From: a virus
DNA: 61,846 bases
Strand: one strand, 5' to 3'
IMG/VR virus record: IMGVR_UViG_3300033566_000071
Span: 1 to 61,846 of that record
Below, piece after piece: positions 17,633 to 26,912 of this stretch. The translations under genes were made by a program, and so were the position numbers. The stretch's first letter is position 1, and each line of letters opens with the position of its first letter. A model generated the notes under the pieces. It searched no databases. It saw only the letters and a program-made list of their open reading frames with translations, and was not told where the DNA came from.

Positions 17633-18475
17633 TTAGCCAATGATGGTTTCAGTCTGAGATCCTACAAAGTCGCCCGTTACAGCTGCGGCGAAGGTGGTGC
17701 CTGTGAGGCTCCAGCTTCCGATCGAAATCAAGAGCTGAGCCGCGTTTCCGCCGCCAACTCCTGCTCCAGCTGGCACCTGTGCACCGAGAAGCTTGATTTG
17801 CGCAGCGACAGCGCCAGCCGATGTGGTGATGGCGTTGGTTTTGCCTTGGTTGTTACAGATGACACCTTGAATGGTGAGGCGGTTGGAGGCGTTTGCACAA
17901 GTGAAGTTGACTGCATCCACTTGGTTGTAATAGTCGCCACTGATGTGCATATTCACAGCTTGACCTGCTGTGGCCTGGGAAGCATTAATAGCATAGCTGT
18001 TGCTTGATGCCAATGTCTGCACAGAGCAATCGTGAAACTTCAGTGAAAGGGCAGCCGCCATGTTGGTGTTGTTGACGGTGATGGTGTCTTTGGCAGTGAC
18101 AGAGTGGGCGATGGTGAGGTTTTCGAATATAACTTCACAAGCGGAGGCGCCAGCAGTGGCCGACATTTCGATTGCAATGAGAGAGCCTGTGACGGCCGAG
18201 GAAGCCAAAAGCTTAGGACCAGAGACACCATTGTGGGTGGCGCCAACAAAGCGGAGAGGCCGCGTGATGGAGAGCTGGGCTGTACATGTAATTGTGACGG
18301 GGGCAATGACGATGAGGTCATTGTCTTGCGCCTGGGCAATTGCCTGCTGAAGGGTGGCGAAATCCGCGATGCCGGCCTGTGCGGTTGTGATGATTTTTTG
18401 CTCACGAGCCCGGAAGGCTGGAGCCAGACCACTTGGAAATTGCTGAGGATAGTAGGAGGAGTATTGACGAGCCAT
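17633..18475 (-). CDS. Hypothetical structural protein downstream of the capsid gene
   Basis: 280-aa ORF, A/T/S/G-rich with repetitive beta-like segments. No motif recognised. Confidence 0.5.
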   Translation of the reverse strand: MARQYSSYYPQQFPSGLAPAFRAREQKIITTAQAGIADFATLQQAIAQAQDNDLIVIAPVTITCTAQLSITRPLRFVGATHNGVSGPKLLASSAVTGSLIAIEMSATAGASACEVIFENLTIAHSVTAKDTITVNNTNMAAALSLKFHDCSVQTLASSNSYAINASQATAGQAVNMHISGDYYNQVDAVNFTCANASNRLTIQGVICNNQGKTNAITTSAGAVAAQIKLLGAQVPAGAGVGGGNAAQLLISIGSWSLTGTTFAAAVTGDFVGSQTETIIG

Positions 18476-18535
18476 GTGAAAAGTCCTTTAGTTTCCTGAC
18501 CAACCATCGCCCACGCGTTGTGGCCAAAATAAAGA

Positions 18536-18553
18536 GAGAAGGAAAGGGGGCCG
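18536..18553 (-). terminator. Rho-independent terminator candidate immediately after the major capsid gene
   Basis: Minus strand reads GGGGGCC-ccac-GGCCCCC followed by TTTCCTTCTCTCTTTATTTT. Confidence 0.65.
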
Positions 18554-18570
18554 TGGGGCCCCCGGAGACA

Positions 18571-19974
18571 TTAGACTGAGATGGTGAAGTTTGTGAGGCT
18601 GAGGAGGGCAGCAGGATGGCGAGCTGCGAGAACACCCGAACCAGACATAAACTTCTGACCTTGCTTGTAATACTGTCCGTCGCCGGCAGGCTTCAGGAAG
18701 AGGCCTTTGCCCGATCCCAAGGTGACGTCTTTGTAGTCACGTCCAGAGAATTCAACTGGACCCTTAACGTCTGGCAAGAGCCATACGCGAGGCACTGGAA
18801 CGAATTCGCAAGAATCGAAATTAATCATCATCTTACGGAACTTGTGTCCAACTGTGCTCACGCCAGTGTTCACGTCCTGAACGTTGAAGAATTGACGATT
18901 GGCTTCAGCTTGCTGGAGGGCAACACGCAACACCCGGTCATGCATCCATGCTCGGCTGAAGGTGATTTTTTTGCCGTCTGTCAATCCACCAGTTCTTCGC
19001 ATGCCTTTCAGCAATACCGAGTTGAAAAGGTCGGCAGACAAGAGAGCTGCACCGCAGTCTTTTTGTGTACCAGCTGTTACGCCAGACATTGTGAGGCCGT
19101 TGACAACGCGACCATCGGAAGCTCCCAGAGATTCCAACCCAACCATAACTTCAGACAAAGTGTTGTAGTCGTTGGTGCTGATGGCTGTCAGGTCGTTAGG
19201 AGTGGTTTGGAAGCGGTAGATGCTGTCGGCGGCAGTTGGATCAGTTGCGCCCAGGGTGGCCGTGGTGATGTCGATGGCTGTGCCAGTCGAATCGTAAGGC
19301 TTGAGGGTGGCAGTGTCGGTGTCCTGATCAACGTCCGTCACCAGCCAGTAGGAAACGGCTGTAGCTGTGTTGTTGATTGTGGCGTGCGCTGTACCGGCTT
19401 GAGCGGCAAACTTCACTTTGTCGTTGAATTCAAACCAGCCGATGTGAGACTTACCAGCGTTAGCAGAAGAGGTGCTGAGGACAACAGTGATGGTGTCGAG
19501 CGAGGTGGAGGCGGTGACGGTACTGACGACACCGATAGAGCCCGAGCCGTCGCCGAAGAGCCAAGCAGAGCTGATACGACCAGCGACTGTGGTTTTGGCC
19601 GAGAGTTCGTGGGCGAGGGGCTTGGCATATGAAATCAATTCCGCGCCGGCCTTGTCTTCCAATGTCAAATCATATTCGATAGTCATATCGAAGTCTTTGT
19701 ATTGGGCGATGGCTTCTGTAACGGTTGAGCGCTGACCGATTGGATATTTCGCGTTGGGGCCGTAGCCGGTTGCCTGAACAGCTGCAGGACCGTAGGACGT
19801 CATCACTTCGTAGCGATATTCACGGCCTTCTGCGTCTGCATCAGTAACCTTCTTAACGAATTCCCAAGCTTCGGAAGCTGCAGACAACTGATTGTAGACG
19901 GCTCCTTTGCTGAGAATTTTGAGCAATTTGCCCAGGGTGAGGGAGCTTAGATTGGAAGCTGCTGAAAAAGTCAT
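18571..19974 (-). CDS. Major capsid protein
   Basis: 467-aa ORF directly after the scaffold-like gene, with an AAAGGAA RBS and a strong terminator behind it. The call rests on position and size. Confidence 0.7.
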   Translation of the reverse strand: MTFSAASNLSSLTLGKLLKILSKGAVYNQLSAASEAWEFVKKVTDADAEGREYRYEVMTSYGPAAVQATGYGPNAKYPIGQRSTVTEAIAQYKDFDMTIEYDLTLEDKAGAELISYAKPLAHELSAKTTVAGRISSAWLFGDGSGSIGVVSTVTASTSLDTITVVLSTSSANAGKSHIGWFEFNDKVKFAAQAGTAHATINNTATAVSYWLVTDVDQDTDTATLKPYDSTGTAIDITTATLGATDPTAADSIYRFQTTPNDLTAISTNDYNTLSEVMVGLESLGASDGRVVNGLTMSGVTAGTQKDCGAALLSADLFNSVLLKGMRRTGGLTDGKKITFSRAWMHDRVLRVALQQAEANRQFFNVQDVNTGVSTVGHKFRKMMINFDSCEFVPVPRVWLLPDVKGPVEFSGRDYKDVTLGSGKGLFLKPAGDGQYYKQGQKFMSGSGVLAARHPAALLSLTNFTISV

Positions 19975-20001
19975 GCTATATTCCTTTGATTGTTATGCCG
20001 T

Positions 20002-21162
20002 TTAGCGGCCAAAGTTTCTGAGAGCGCTCAGACGGTCGAGAACATTCAGGCTCTCAAACCCTTCCGATTGCCTTGCAGCGGGAGCTGCTTGGCGAGCCAC
20101 TGTGGCTGCCTTTTTCTTTTCTACAGCCTGCTTTTCTTCAGCCTTTTTGGCGGCTGGAGCAGCTGCTGCTTTTCGGTTGCCAACGAGGAATTTGTAATTC
20201 GTCTCGAAGGCTTTGCGGTATTGTTCCCGCGTAAGGACAGGATCTTTTCCTGTGTTCTTTTTCACATCATCTGCATATTCTTCGATGTCACTCATCGCAA
20301 GTTTCCACAGCTTATGCTGAAGGGCTTCCTGCTTTGTTTCGTCCTGCTCGTGCTGGGCGAATGAGAATCGATAGTATTCAGATTCGGCAATACTTCTCTG
20401 TACCTGTGCATGCTTTTCAAACTCGTACGAAGCCAGCTTTTCGTCGCGCTTCTTAATTTCCCGATTGTTCAGAAAGCGTTCTTGCTCTCTTTCAGCATTC
20501 AGAAATTCCTGCGCAATTTTGGCCTTCTCGTCAGCGTCGTCAGCCAGTTCGTAACGAACCCGCTTAAACACTTGATCATTGAAGAACTTCTTGTATCCCT
20601 CTTCGCCCAAGAGAGCTTTGACGGCCAGGGCTTCATTTCCACCCTTCAAAATGTCTTCGAGTTCTGCAATTCTGCTAGCTTGCTGGGACAGTGTGCCATT
20701 CTCTTGCTTCAGTCGTTCGACTTCGCGTTGAGCCTCTTTGCGTTCCTTGACGAAACGAGGAGCTGCTTTGCCCCATTCCAAAGTGCGGCGTAAATCCTTG
20801 TCTTCTGGATCCAGCTTGAACTTGAACATTTTGCCATCGGATTTGATTTCGAGCTCGGGAGCCGATGCCGGGGGCGGCAAAGAGTCGTCGAGCTTATCCA
20901 TCGCGCCAATGTCAAGGTCTGGCTCAGCCTTGTCCGAAGAACCTGTTAAGCTGGAAAGGTCCAGCTCGCCTTCGCTTTCGCCTGAATCACCCGTCACAGC
21001 CTCTGCGTCTGCCGGAGCGCTAGCTTCGCCCATGAGGCTTGCTAGGTTGTCAAGAGGGCTTGCTGTGTCAGAAGCCTTAGCTTCCGGCCTTTGGCCCTGT
21101 GGAACGCCACTCGATGCAGTCACTGATTTGAAAGCCATAACTTTTTCCTTCTTCTTTACCAT
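20002..21162 (-). CDS. Scaffolding protein candidate
   Basis: 386-aa ORF (E/K/A-rich, acidic N-terminus, coiled-coil) between the portal and capsid genes. An alternative start is at 21138 (MAFKSV, preceded by AAGGAAAAAG). Confidence 0.55.
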   Translation of the reverse strand: MVKKKEKVMAFKSVTASSGVPQGQRPEAKASDTASPLDNLASLMGEASAPADAEAVTGDSGESEGELDLSSLTGSSDKAEPDLDIGAMDKLDDSLPPPASAPELEIKSDGKMFKFKLDPEDKDLRRTLEWGKAAPRFVKERKEAQREVERLKQENGTLSQQASRIAELEDILKGGNEALAVKALLGEEGYKKFFNDQVFKRVRYELADDADEKAKIAQEFLNAEREQERFLNNREIKKRDEKLASYEFEKHAQVQRSIAESEYYRFSFAQHEQDETKQEALQHKLWKLAMSDIEEYADDVKKNTGKDPVLTREQYRKAFETNYKFLVGNRKAAAAPAAKKAEEKQAVEKKKAATVARQAAPAARQSEGFESLNVLDRLSALRNFGR

Positions 21163-21265
21163 GCCTTACGTTGGAGCAAGCTCGCGTGTGGCAGGTCATT
21201 GTGGGGCCCATAAGGGCCTTTACACATGAAAGAATCCATCCAGCCCAATGCCGGGTGAAGACGTA

Positions 21266-21291
21266 CGAAAACCTCATCCCGGAGAATGAGG
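21266..21291 (-). terminator. Terminator-like hairpin inside the noncoding island
   Basis: Minus strand reads CCTCAT-tctccggg-ATGAGG followed by TTTTCG. Confidence 0.4.
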
Positions 21292-21580
21292 CATCTGAAT
21301 TAATTGAGTTTTTCATTTGGAGGCAATTGTGGTGACAATAGGAGCAGAAGAGGAGACAGTGAGCCATCCTAGCTCTTTTCCATTTGGTTGGCCGGTTGGA
21401 TTCCGGCTGACTGCTGGCGGCTTTTGACCTTTTATTAACCAGCTTCTTTATGCACTCGTGTCATTGAAAGTGCTCGCCCAGCCGTAAGGAGGAGAGGTCG
21501 GTCATCGGGTAATGCTTCTGCACTCTGTGCTTTCTCGCCGTCCGAAGTTATCGCCTGATCCGGTGCCCTATGGCAAGTGT

Positions 21581-21609
21581 GTTATCTCCTGCCTAGGTAA
21601 TAATGTCAA
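21581..21609 (-). promoter_or_regulatory. Sigma70-like promoter candidate, TTGACA-N17-GATAAC
   Basis: Minus strand: TTGACA (21609..21604), a 17-nt spacer, then GATAAC (21586..21581). It lies 25 nt after the portal stop. Confidence 0.35.
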
Positions 21610-21633
21610 GCTTTTTCTTACGTGACGAAAACA

Positions 21634-23640
21634 TCAAACTTGGCCCGGTCCTGGGGCAACCCCTCCGGGAGCGACAGCACTCGCTGCGGCTGCTATATCC
21701 GGTGAGCCTGTGGCAGCTACTTGACCGGCTCCGGCTGGAATTGCTCCCACACCCGGCTGTCCCGGTGGCTGCCCAGAAGTTTGACCGGCAGCGACAGAGG
21801 CTGCCATGTCCACGCGTGCGTCGATATGGCGGTCGACCAGCTCTTGCAATTCAGGTGCGAGATAGGCAAATTGTGCACTAGACCGATATTCCTTACAAGC
21901 TTCGAGCATAGGTATGTGGTCTTCGTTTTTCTTCGGTTCAATGAATATTGCCTGACCATCCATAAACGCCGCTTCCATTTTGTCAAAGATTTCATTTTGC
22001 CTCATCTTTGCCCGACTCACCAAATCGACGGGACCCTTGCTATCACTCAAGCGCATAAAGCCCAATATTTGAGAGGCGCTATATCCAGCCTCGATGAGAA
22101 GGTCTTTGAGCTGCATCACTTCTTCTCTGCGGCTCTCAGGATCCAGCGAGAAGCTTGTACCGTAGTCGGTATCGAAGTCGTATTCTCCTTCGAGGTCGGA
22201 TCCATTATAGAAGGCAAGACTAACACCATCTTCTTTTCCAACAATATCAAGCTTCTTTGGCTCAGTGTAGCGCAGCTGTACAAGCTCGAGATAGTCTCGG
22301 AAAAAGCTTTCTGTAGCGAACTGAAATTTTACGAAGAACCGGCGGCGTGTCAGGTTGGCACTATTAATTGCTGACTGCGTAGCATACCCTGAGAGCTCTC
22401 TCTTGATTTGACCAAACATCGATTCATTGACGCCTGCCAAAGCTTCCATTCCCGCTTCGAGGCGCTGACGGAATTCGCCCATAGCTGGCATGAGCTGGGG
22501 AGGGTTGATGTAGAGGGGAGCCGGGCCTCCGCCGCCCTTAACTTGAATGATGTTGTAGGTGTCAGTGCTCACCTGCTCGCCCACTTCCATATCGTCATAG
22601 ATGACAAGGCGAACGTTTCCGTGAGCTTGTATCTGCTCAAGAGTGAAGGAATCAATTCGATTCATCACGTCCTGAAGTCGGTTGGTGTAATCGAGGAAGC
22701 TCTTTCCGTAAATCTGACCGGGCACATCGATGTCGGTGTGGATTTGATAGGGGAGCTTGGCGCCTGGGTGGGTGTTCTCTTCCATCTCGCCCATGAGGAC
22801 ATATTTGTCTTGAGAAAGCCAAAGATAGCAATGTCTTCCGATGAAGCCGTTCCATGGCTGCCCCACTTCCCAATATTCATACACCTCGAAAAGCTCTTCC
22901 TCAAACTTATCGCCTTTGTCCCTATTGGCGGCGTTCGTCAGAAAGACACCCTTTTTATCGAGGATGAATTGACGTTGATCGGGCCAACGTGCCAGGGCTT
23001 CGTCCAGCGGGAGCCTTTGGCGGTCGAATAGATATTTGACATCCTTCCAGCATGTTGCATCTGGATCGGCATAGATTTCCCAAACAAAGCGGGCCTTAGC
23101 ATCGATGTCGCCTTGCGTCTCAACAGTGCCCTCTTTGACGTTTGTCACGATCGGGCCGATTGCAGGGTTCCACCAAAGCTTCGAAAAGCCGGTGCCGTAC
23201 ATCAGTGTACCGAGTGTTCGCATGTCCTGAATATCTTGGACATTTAGTTTCTTTCGCCCATAATGGATGAAGCTGTCTGCCACAAGGGCAGCGCGTCTGT
23301 CCTTGTATTCAGCTGTCCTCGGAGTGGGAATACAACTCGGTGGGTTGGCTGAGGCCTGCGCATGCAGAAACCTTAAGTATTTGAAACTATAGCTGATGCC
23401 GAGAGAGCTGTCTGGAGCATCCATGCTTCGAGATGCAATTGCGTTATAAATATCAATTGGTTGGGAAGCACTTCCTCCACCTTCATTGGAGCGGTCCCAG
23501 TAAGCAGCAAAAGCGCCTTCTTCATTAAGGCGCCACTGATCTTCATGATATTTTTCACGCATGTCCCTAGAATAGATGAATTTTTTGTGAAGGCTTTTGA
23601 GTAGCTCTGGAATGGTGGGGGTGAGAATGCGCCACTTCAT
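21634..23640 (-). CDS. Portal protein
   Basis: 668-aa ORF downstream of terL and upstream of scaffold and capsid, with a G/P/A-rich C-terminal tail. Size and position match podovirus portals. Confidence 0.75.
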   Translation of the reverse strand: MKWRILTPTIPELLKSLHKKFIYSRDMREKYHEDQWRLNEEGAFAAYWDRSNEGGGSASQPIDIYNAIASRSMDAPDSSLGISYSFKYLRFLHAQASANPPSCIPTPRTAEYKDRRAALVADSFIHYGRKKLNVQDIQDMRTLGTLMYGTGFSKLWWNPAIGPIVTNVKEGTVETQGDIDAKARFVWEIYADPDATCWKDVKYLFDRQRLPLDEALARWPDQRQFILDKKGVFLTNAANRDKGDKFEEELFEVYEYWEVGQPWNGFIGRHCYLWLSQDKYVLMGEMEENTHPGAKLPYQIHTDIDVPGQIYGKSFLDYTNRLQDVMNRIDSFTLEQIQAHGNVRLVIYDDMEVGEQVSTDTYNIIQVKGGGGPAPLYINPPQLMPAMGEFRQRLEAGMEALAGVNESMFGQIKRELSGYATQSAINSANLTRRRFFVKFQFATESFFRDYLELVQLRYTEPKKLDIVGKEDGVSLAFYNGSDLEGEYDFDTDYGTSFSLDPESRREEVMQLKDLLIEAGYSASQILGFMRLSDSKGPVDLVSRAKMRQNEIFDKMEAAFMDGQAIFIEPKKNEDHIPMLEACKEYRSSAQFAYLAPELQELVDRHIDARVDMAASVAAGQTSGQPPGQPGVGAIPAGAGQVAATGSPDIAAAASAVAPGGVAPGPGQV

Positions 23641-23661
23641 ATTAAGGTTCCTTCATTCGGG

Positions 23662-23832
23662 TTAAAATCGAAAGATGCTTCCGTGTGTTTTCGAAGAGCG
23701 CTTTTCTGGCTCAGCCTTGTCGAGTATTCCCTTGCCGTGAAGGCGCGTGAACAGCACAAAAACGCCGGCAAGAGCCGCAACGCTAAATCCCAGTGAGAAC
23801 ATAGCTATTGTGTAGATTGGGCTTGTGTCCAT
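23662..23832 (-). CDS. Small transmembrane protein
   Basis: Start taken at the ATG overlapping the terL stop (TGATG). One TM helix, YTIAMFSLGFSVAALAGVFVLF. The ORF track's alternative start is 23868. Confidence 0.45.
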   Translation of the reverse strand: MDTSPIYTIAMFSLGFSVAALAGVFVLFTRLHGKGILDKAEPEKRSSKTHGSIFRF

Positions 23833-25367
23833 CAGAATGCTCTCCGTCCTGAATATTTGCGTCCCCAAATTTTGGATTTACGCTTCATGGCTTCTGCTAT
23901 TTTAATTGAGGCCTTACGCTCTTCTGCAAGCTGGCTTTGTTTCATCTCGTGATAGACGGATTCGTAGATGCGGGGCATCTCCTCATCCTTAGGCTTCTTC
24001 ATCCACAAATACCGCACAGTGTCCGCGCAATGGTATTTGTGCGAATTCACAATCTCTTTTTCTGTGGGCTTCCATTTAGCCTGAAGCATTTCCGTGTGAA
24101 GCGTTTCAGTTGCCTTGCCCTCTGCCATCATGAGAAGACCATTGTGCCATGCAACATTCACATTTTCAATTGATTCTAATTTCTTGGCCATTTTGTCAGT
24201 GATGGGCGAATAATCGATACCCTGCACCTGGGCCTCTTTATAAAACCCGCTGGGCGAGCTGTCACAAATGCGGCTACCCTTCGGAAGCCTGATGCCGGAT
24301 AGATGGCTCGTCTCTATCTCACGGACAAGAAGGCTAGCTGCGCTGCCGTCCATTGTGAGGGCCTTAACACACCACCAAGCCGGATGGGTAGGGCTCTTGC
24401 ACCAAAGCGTCACACCCACCTTTCCGCTCGCTGCAGGATCTACGACGACGGCGTGCTGAAGACTTGGTGCATAGGTGAAGGGAAGAGGGGCCCTGTTCTT
24501 ATAGGGATCATAGCCACGGAAGACGCGCTCGCTTGAAAAATACCAAGCGCCGTGTCGACGGGCCTGAAACTCCACCTCGTCCCCGCACTTGCTTCGAATC
24601 AAATCGTCAAGCTGCTCGACGGTCCAGCCTTCATAAATTGGATTGTCTTCGAGCCTAAGAATCCATTTTTTAAATGGAAACTGACATTCATCGACAAGCT
24701 GCTGGATTGCTGGGTTTTCTACGAGCGGTGTAAATGTTCCGTAAAAATAGCCGGATAGGGTCATCCCTGGCTCAATCTTCTTTGTGCTTGTGGCACTGAC
24801 GCGGAGAAGAAGTTCGGCCAAAAAGCTCTCGTCATCTGGCATCTCATCGAGCCACACCACATGTGCGGTGAAGCCCTGCACTTTTTCCCGTGCATTTTTG
24901 GCGTCGTGATGGGATAGGAAGAGGAGGCGGTTTCCGTTGGAAACATGCTCGACGCTTTTAATGAAGGCGCCTTCCTTCTGCGGATTGCGGAAGGAACCCG
25001 GAGGTAGAAGGGGCTTGAGCTTATTCGCCCAGAGCTCTTCTGTTATGAGCTGGCCAGTGCGGCCGGCCACGATGATGAGGAGGGGTTGGTCTGCCCACTC
25101 AGGCAGGCGCTTTTTGAATGGATGAGTTCCCAAAAACCACCACGCCACTTCTCTTGCGCCAGTTGAGGTTTTCGAAGAGCGGTTGGCCCCAATAATCCAA
25201 TGGCCCCTATGCTCGGTATCCATTATGATTTTTCTGGCATTTCCTCTTGGGCGAGAATCGAGGTCTCCTGCGACAAAGCACGACAAAAGCTTATCACTGC
25301 TCTCTGCCCTCAGTTTGGCATAGGCAAGACGCTTTTTGTCCGTGGAGTTGCCGGAGACATTACTCAT
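23832..25367 (-). CDS. terL: Terminase large subunit
   Basis: Walker A-like IIGANRSSKTSTGA, Walker B HVVWLDEMPDD, and nuclease-type acidic motifs AVVVDPAASG and CADTVRY. 511 aa. Confidence 0.9.
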   Translation of the reverse strand: MSNVSGNSTDKKRLAYAKLRAESSDKLLSCFVAGDLDSRPRGNARKIIMDTEHRGHWIIGANRSSKTSTGAREVAWWFLGTHPFKKRLPEWADQPLLIIVAGRTGQLITEELWANKLKPLLPPGSFRNPQKEGAFIKSVEHVSNGNRLLFLSHHDAKNAREKVQGFTAHVVWLDEMPDDESFLAELLLRVSATSTKKIEPGMTLSGYFYGTFTPLVENPAIQQLVDECQFPFKKWILRLEDNPIYEGWTVEQLDDLIRSKCGDEVEFQARRHGAWYFSSERVFRGYDPYKNRAPLPFTYAPSLQHAVVVDPAASGKVGVTLWCKSPTHPAWWCVKALTMDGSAASLLVREIETSHLSGIRLPKGSRICDSSPSGFYKEAQVQGIDYSPITDKMAKKLESIENVNVAWHNGLLMMAEGKATETLHTEMLQAKWKPTEKEIVNSHKYHCADTVRYLWMKKPKDEEMPRIYESVYHEMKQSQLAEERKASIKIAEAMKRKSKIWGRKYSGRRAF

Positions 25368-25382
25368 TGATTTCCTTAGTGA

Positions 25383-25817
25383 CTATATGCTCGTGTCAGT
25401 TGCCCAGGCATTGGTGATGACGCAGCTGTCGCCAGCACCAGAGGTGATGACAAGGCGGCCTTCGGGGGGCAATGGCAGATAAGTCTGGTCGCCTGCAATC
25501 GTCTCGAGGAACTTAATTTCAAACAAAGTGTTTGAGGCACCTGTTGTAATTGCTACGGTTTTACTGTCCACCCAGCCAGCGGATCCAGAAATTCTAACCT
25601 GAAGCTTGGCAGTGATGCCGACTGCAACAGTAGAGGATGCCACTAAAATTGTAATGCGTAGGCGGGTGTTCAGGTCTTCTGGGATACGAAAGGAGGGAAC
25701 CGAAATCACTTGGTTGGTGACGCTCGCGCCAATCGATTGGCTGGCAGCTGCGCCATTTGATCCACTGCCAACTGTCTGAGGCACAATACTTTTGCTGCTA
25801 TATCCGGCGCGTCCCAT
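25383..25817 (-). CDS. Hypothetical beta-rich protein between terS-like and terL
   Basis: 144-aa ORF with S/T/G/V-rich beta-sandwich-like composition. Confidence 0.5.
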   Translation of the reverse strand: MGRAGYSSKSIVPQTVGSGSNGAAASQSIGASVTNQVISVPSFRIPEDLNTRLRITILVASSTVAVGITAKLQVRISGSAGWVDSKTVAITTGASNTLFEIKFLETIAGDQTYLPLPPEGRLVITSGAGDSCVITNAWATDTSI

Positions 25818-25973
25818 GAATTCTCCTGTTGACTATTTTTGAGTGTGAGGCTAAGGTGAGGAAAACATCTTTGTGTTATGAGGGAGAAGCACCAGCGACT
25901 CCTTTAATTCCTATGCATCTGATTGGATGCCCTATACGCTTAACACGTAAGGGCCCCAAATGTCAATGCGCAT

Positions 25974-26555
25974 TTACGAGTCAATCGGCTCATCTCCTGC
26001 AATACGCTTGCGCGCTGCTTCCATCTTCTTATCCACATCCGCCTCAGAGAGCTTACCTATTGATTCGTCTAGCCATTTTACTTCTTTCCTCTTCGAAGGC
26101 ATAGCATCCGTATAATTCAAAAGAAGCTCCGCCGCTTTAACACGGTCTTTGACAGCTATGGGCGAATCGTAGGCAATCCCGTCCTTATCAACCTTCGTCT
26201 CACTCAAAACGCCCTTCACCGCACCCATAAGGAGCGCAATAGCAGCATGCTTCATGACGGCCTTGCTATGCTCGTCAAAATCCTTGTCCAAAATCCAATA
26301 GACAAATTCAGGGCTTTTTTCAATCCACGTCCTAATTTTTCGGCTGCCGGAATATTTCTCAATATAATCAACATCCACTGTGCCTACAAGCGGAGGATGG
26401 TTGGACATGTGATTGTGGAGCCGGGCCCTGGCCATAAGCATGGCGTCCGTTGGATCGAACGCTTCAGCGAATTCTTGAAGCTTCACTTCAGCCGCTTTCT
26501 GCATTGTCATCTTTGCTGAAGGCTTTTTTGGCTCTGGATTCTTCTGCTCTGTCAT
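25974..26555 (-). CDS. terS: Terminase small subunit candidate
   Basis: Start set at MTEQKNPEP, which has an ATGA overlap with the upstream gene. It lies upstream of terL, and the segment AVKDRVKAAELLLNY resembles a conserved TerS helix. Confidence 0.5.
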   Translation of the reverse strand: MTEQKNPEPKKPSAKMTMQKAAEVKLQEFAEAFDPTDAMLMARARLHNHMSNHPPLVGTVDVDYIEKYSGSRKIRTWIEKSPEFVYWILDKDFDEHSKAVMKHAAIALLMGAVKGVLSETKVDKDGIAYDSPIAVKDRVKAAELLLNYTDAMPSKRKEVKWLDESIGKLSEADVDKKMEAARKRIAGDEPIDS

Positions 26556-26839
26556 ATTGACGCTCCTCTTACAATTGGAGCAAATCGCACGAGAGCATAT
26601 TGCTGGTGGATTTGACACTCCTGAAAGATGCCCATTTCCTTAATGATTAGAAGGTAGTTGGGCACAGGATTTTGCATGCCACGCGAGAATGCTTTACGAA
26701 ATTCCAAGTAGTTTATGAGGAGCATGCCAGTTTCTGTCTTGGTGACGCCTGGAACGTCCTTTTCGAACAGAAGAGTGGCAATCATTTTATATGGATAGAA
26801 CTTATCTCGCCCACCGTTGTCCGCTATTTTGGCTCTCAT
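26552..26839 (-). CDS. Hypothetical first gene of the late arm
   Basis: Start set at MRAKIADNGG, preceded by GGGAGGAA-N8. The ORF-track start at 26893 lacks an RBS. Confidence 0.5.
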   Translation of the reverse strand: MRAKIADNGGRDKFYPYKMIATLLFEKDVPGVTKTETGMLLINYLEFRKAFSRGMQNPVPNYLLIIKEMGIFQECQIHQQYALVRFAPIVRGASI

Positions 26840-26912
26840 TGTGCGGTTCCTCCCGTAACATCTTATAACCTTTACCTTGTGTGATGTAAACACCTTTTTT
26901 CAATCGTTTTGA

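Larger units (their letters stand above)
21163..21633 (-). other. 470-nt ORF-free structured island (candidate ncRNA and/or late promoter-leader)
   Basis: No start-containing ORF longer than 14 codons on the transcribed strand. It holds a promoter-like box, several GC hairpins and a terminator-like hairpin (see findings). Confidence 0.4.

Noticed and set aside
18402-18635. Programmed frameshift extension of the capsid protein (T7 10A/10B style) into the overlapping 77-aa ORF.
   Set aside because: The ORF lies in the +1 frame relative to the capsid gene. I saw no slippery heptamer near the capsid 3' end. The region is better explained by the GC hairpin terminator at 18536..18553.
18616-19632. 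338-aa plus-strand ORF antisense to the major capsid gene. Similar long antisense ORFs occur at 258..890, 4943..5467, 16424..17284, 20738..21229 and 21721..23031.
   Set aside because: All lie opposite strongly supported minus-strand genes. They have low-complexity R/G/S/C-rich translations and no RBS, and they sit in the late arm where every supported gene is on the minus strand. They are typical shadow ORFs.
21077-21367. 96-aa minus-strand ORF inside the portal-scaffold noncoding island.
   Set aside because: The translation is Cys/His/Ser-rich and not protein-like. It overlaps the scaffold start out of frame and has no RBS.
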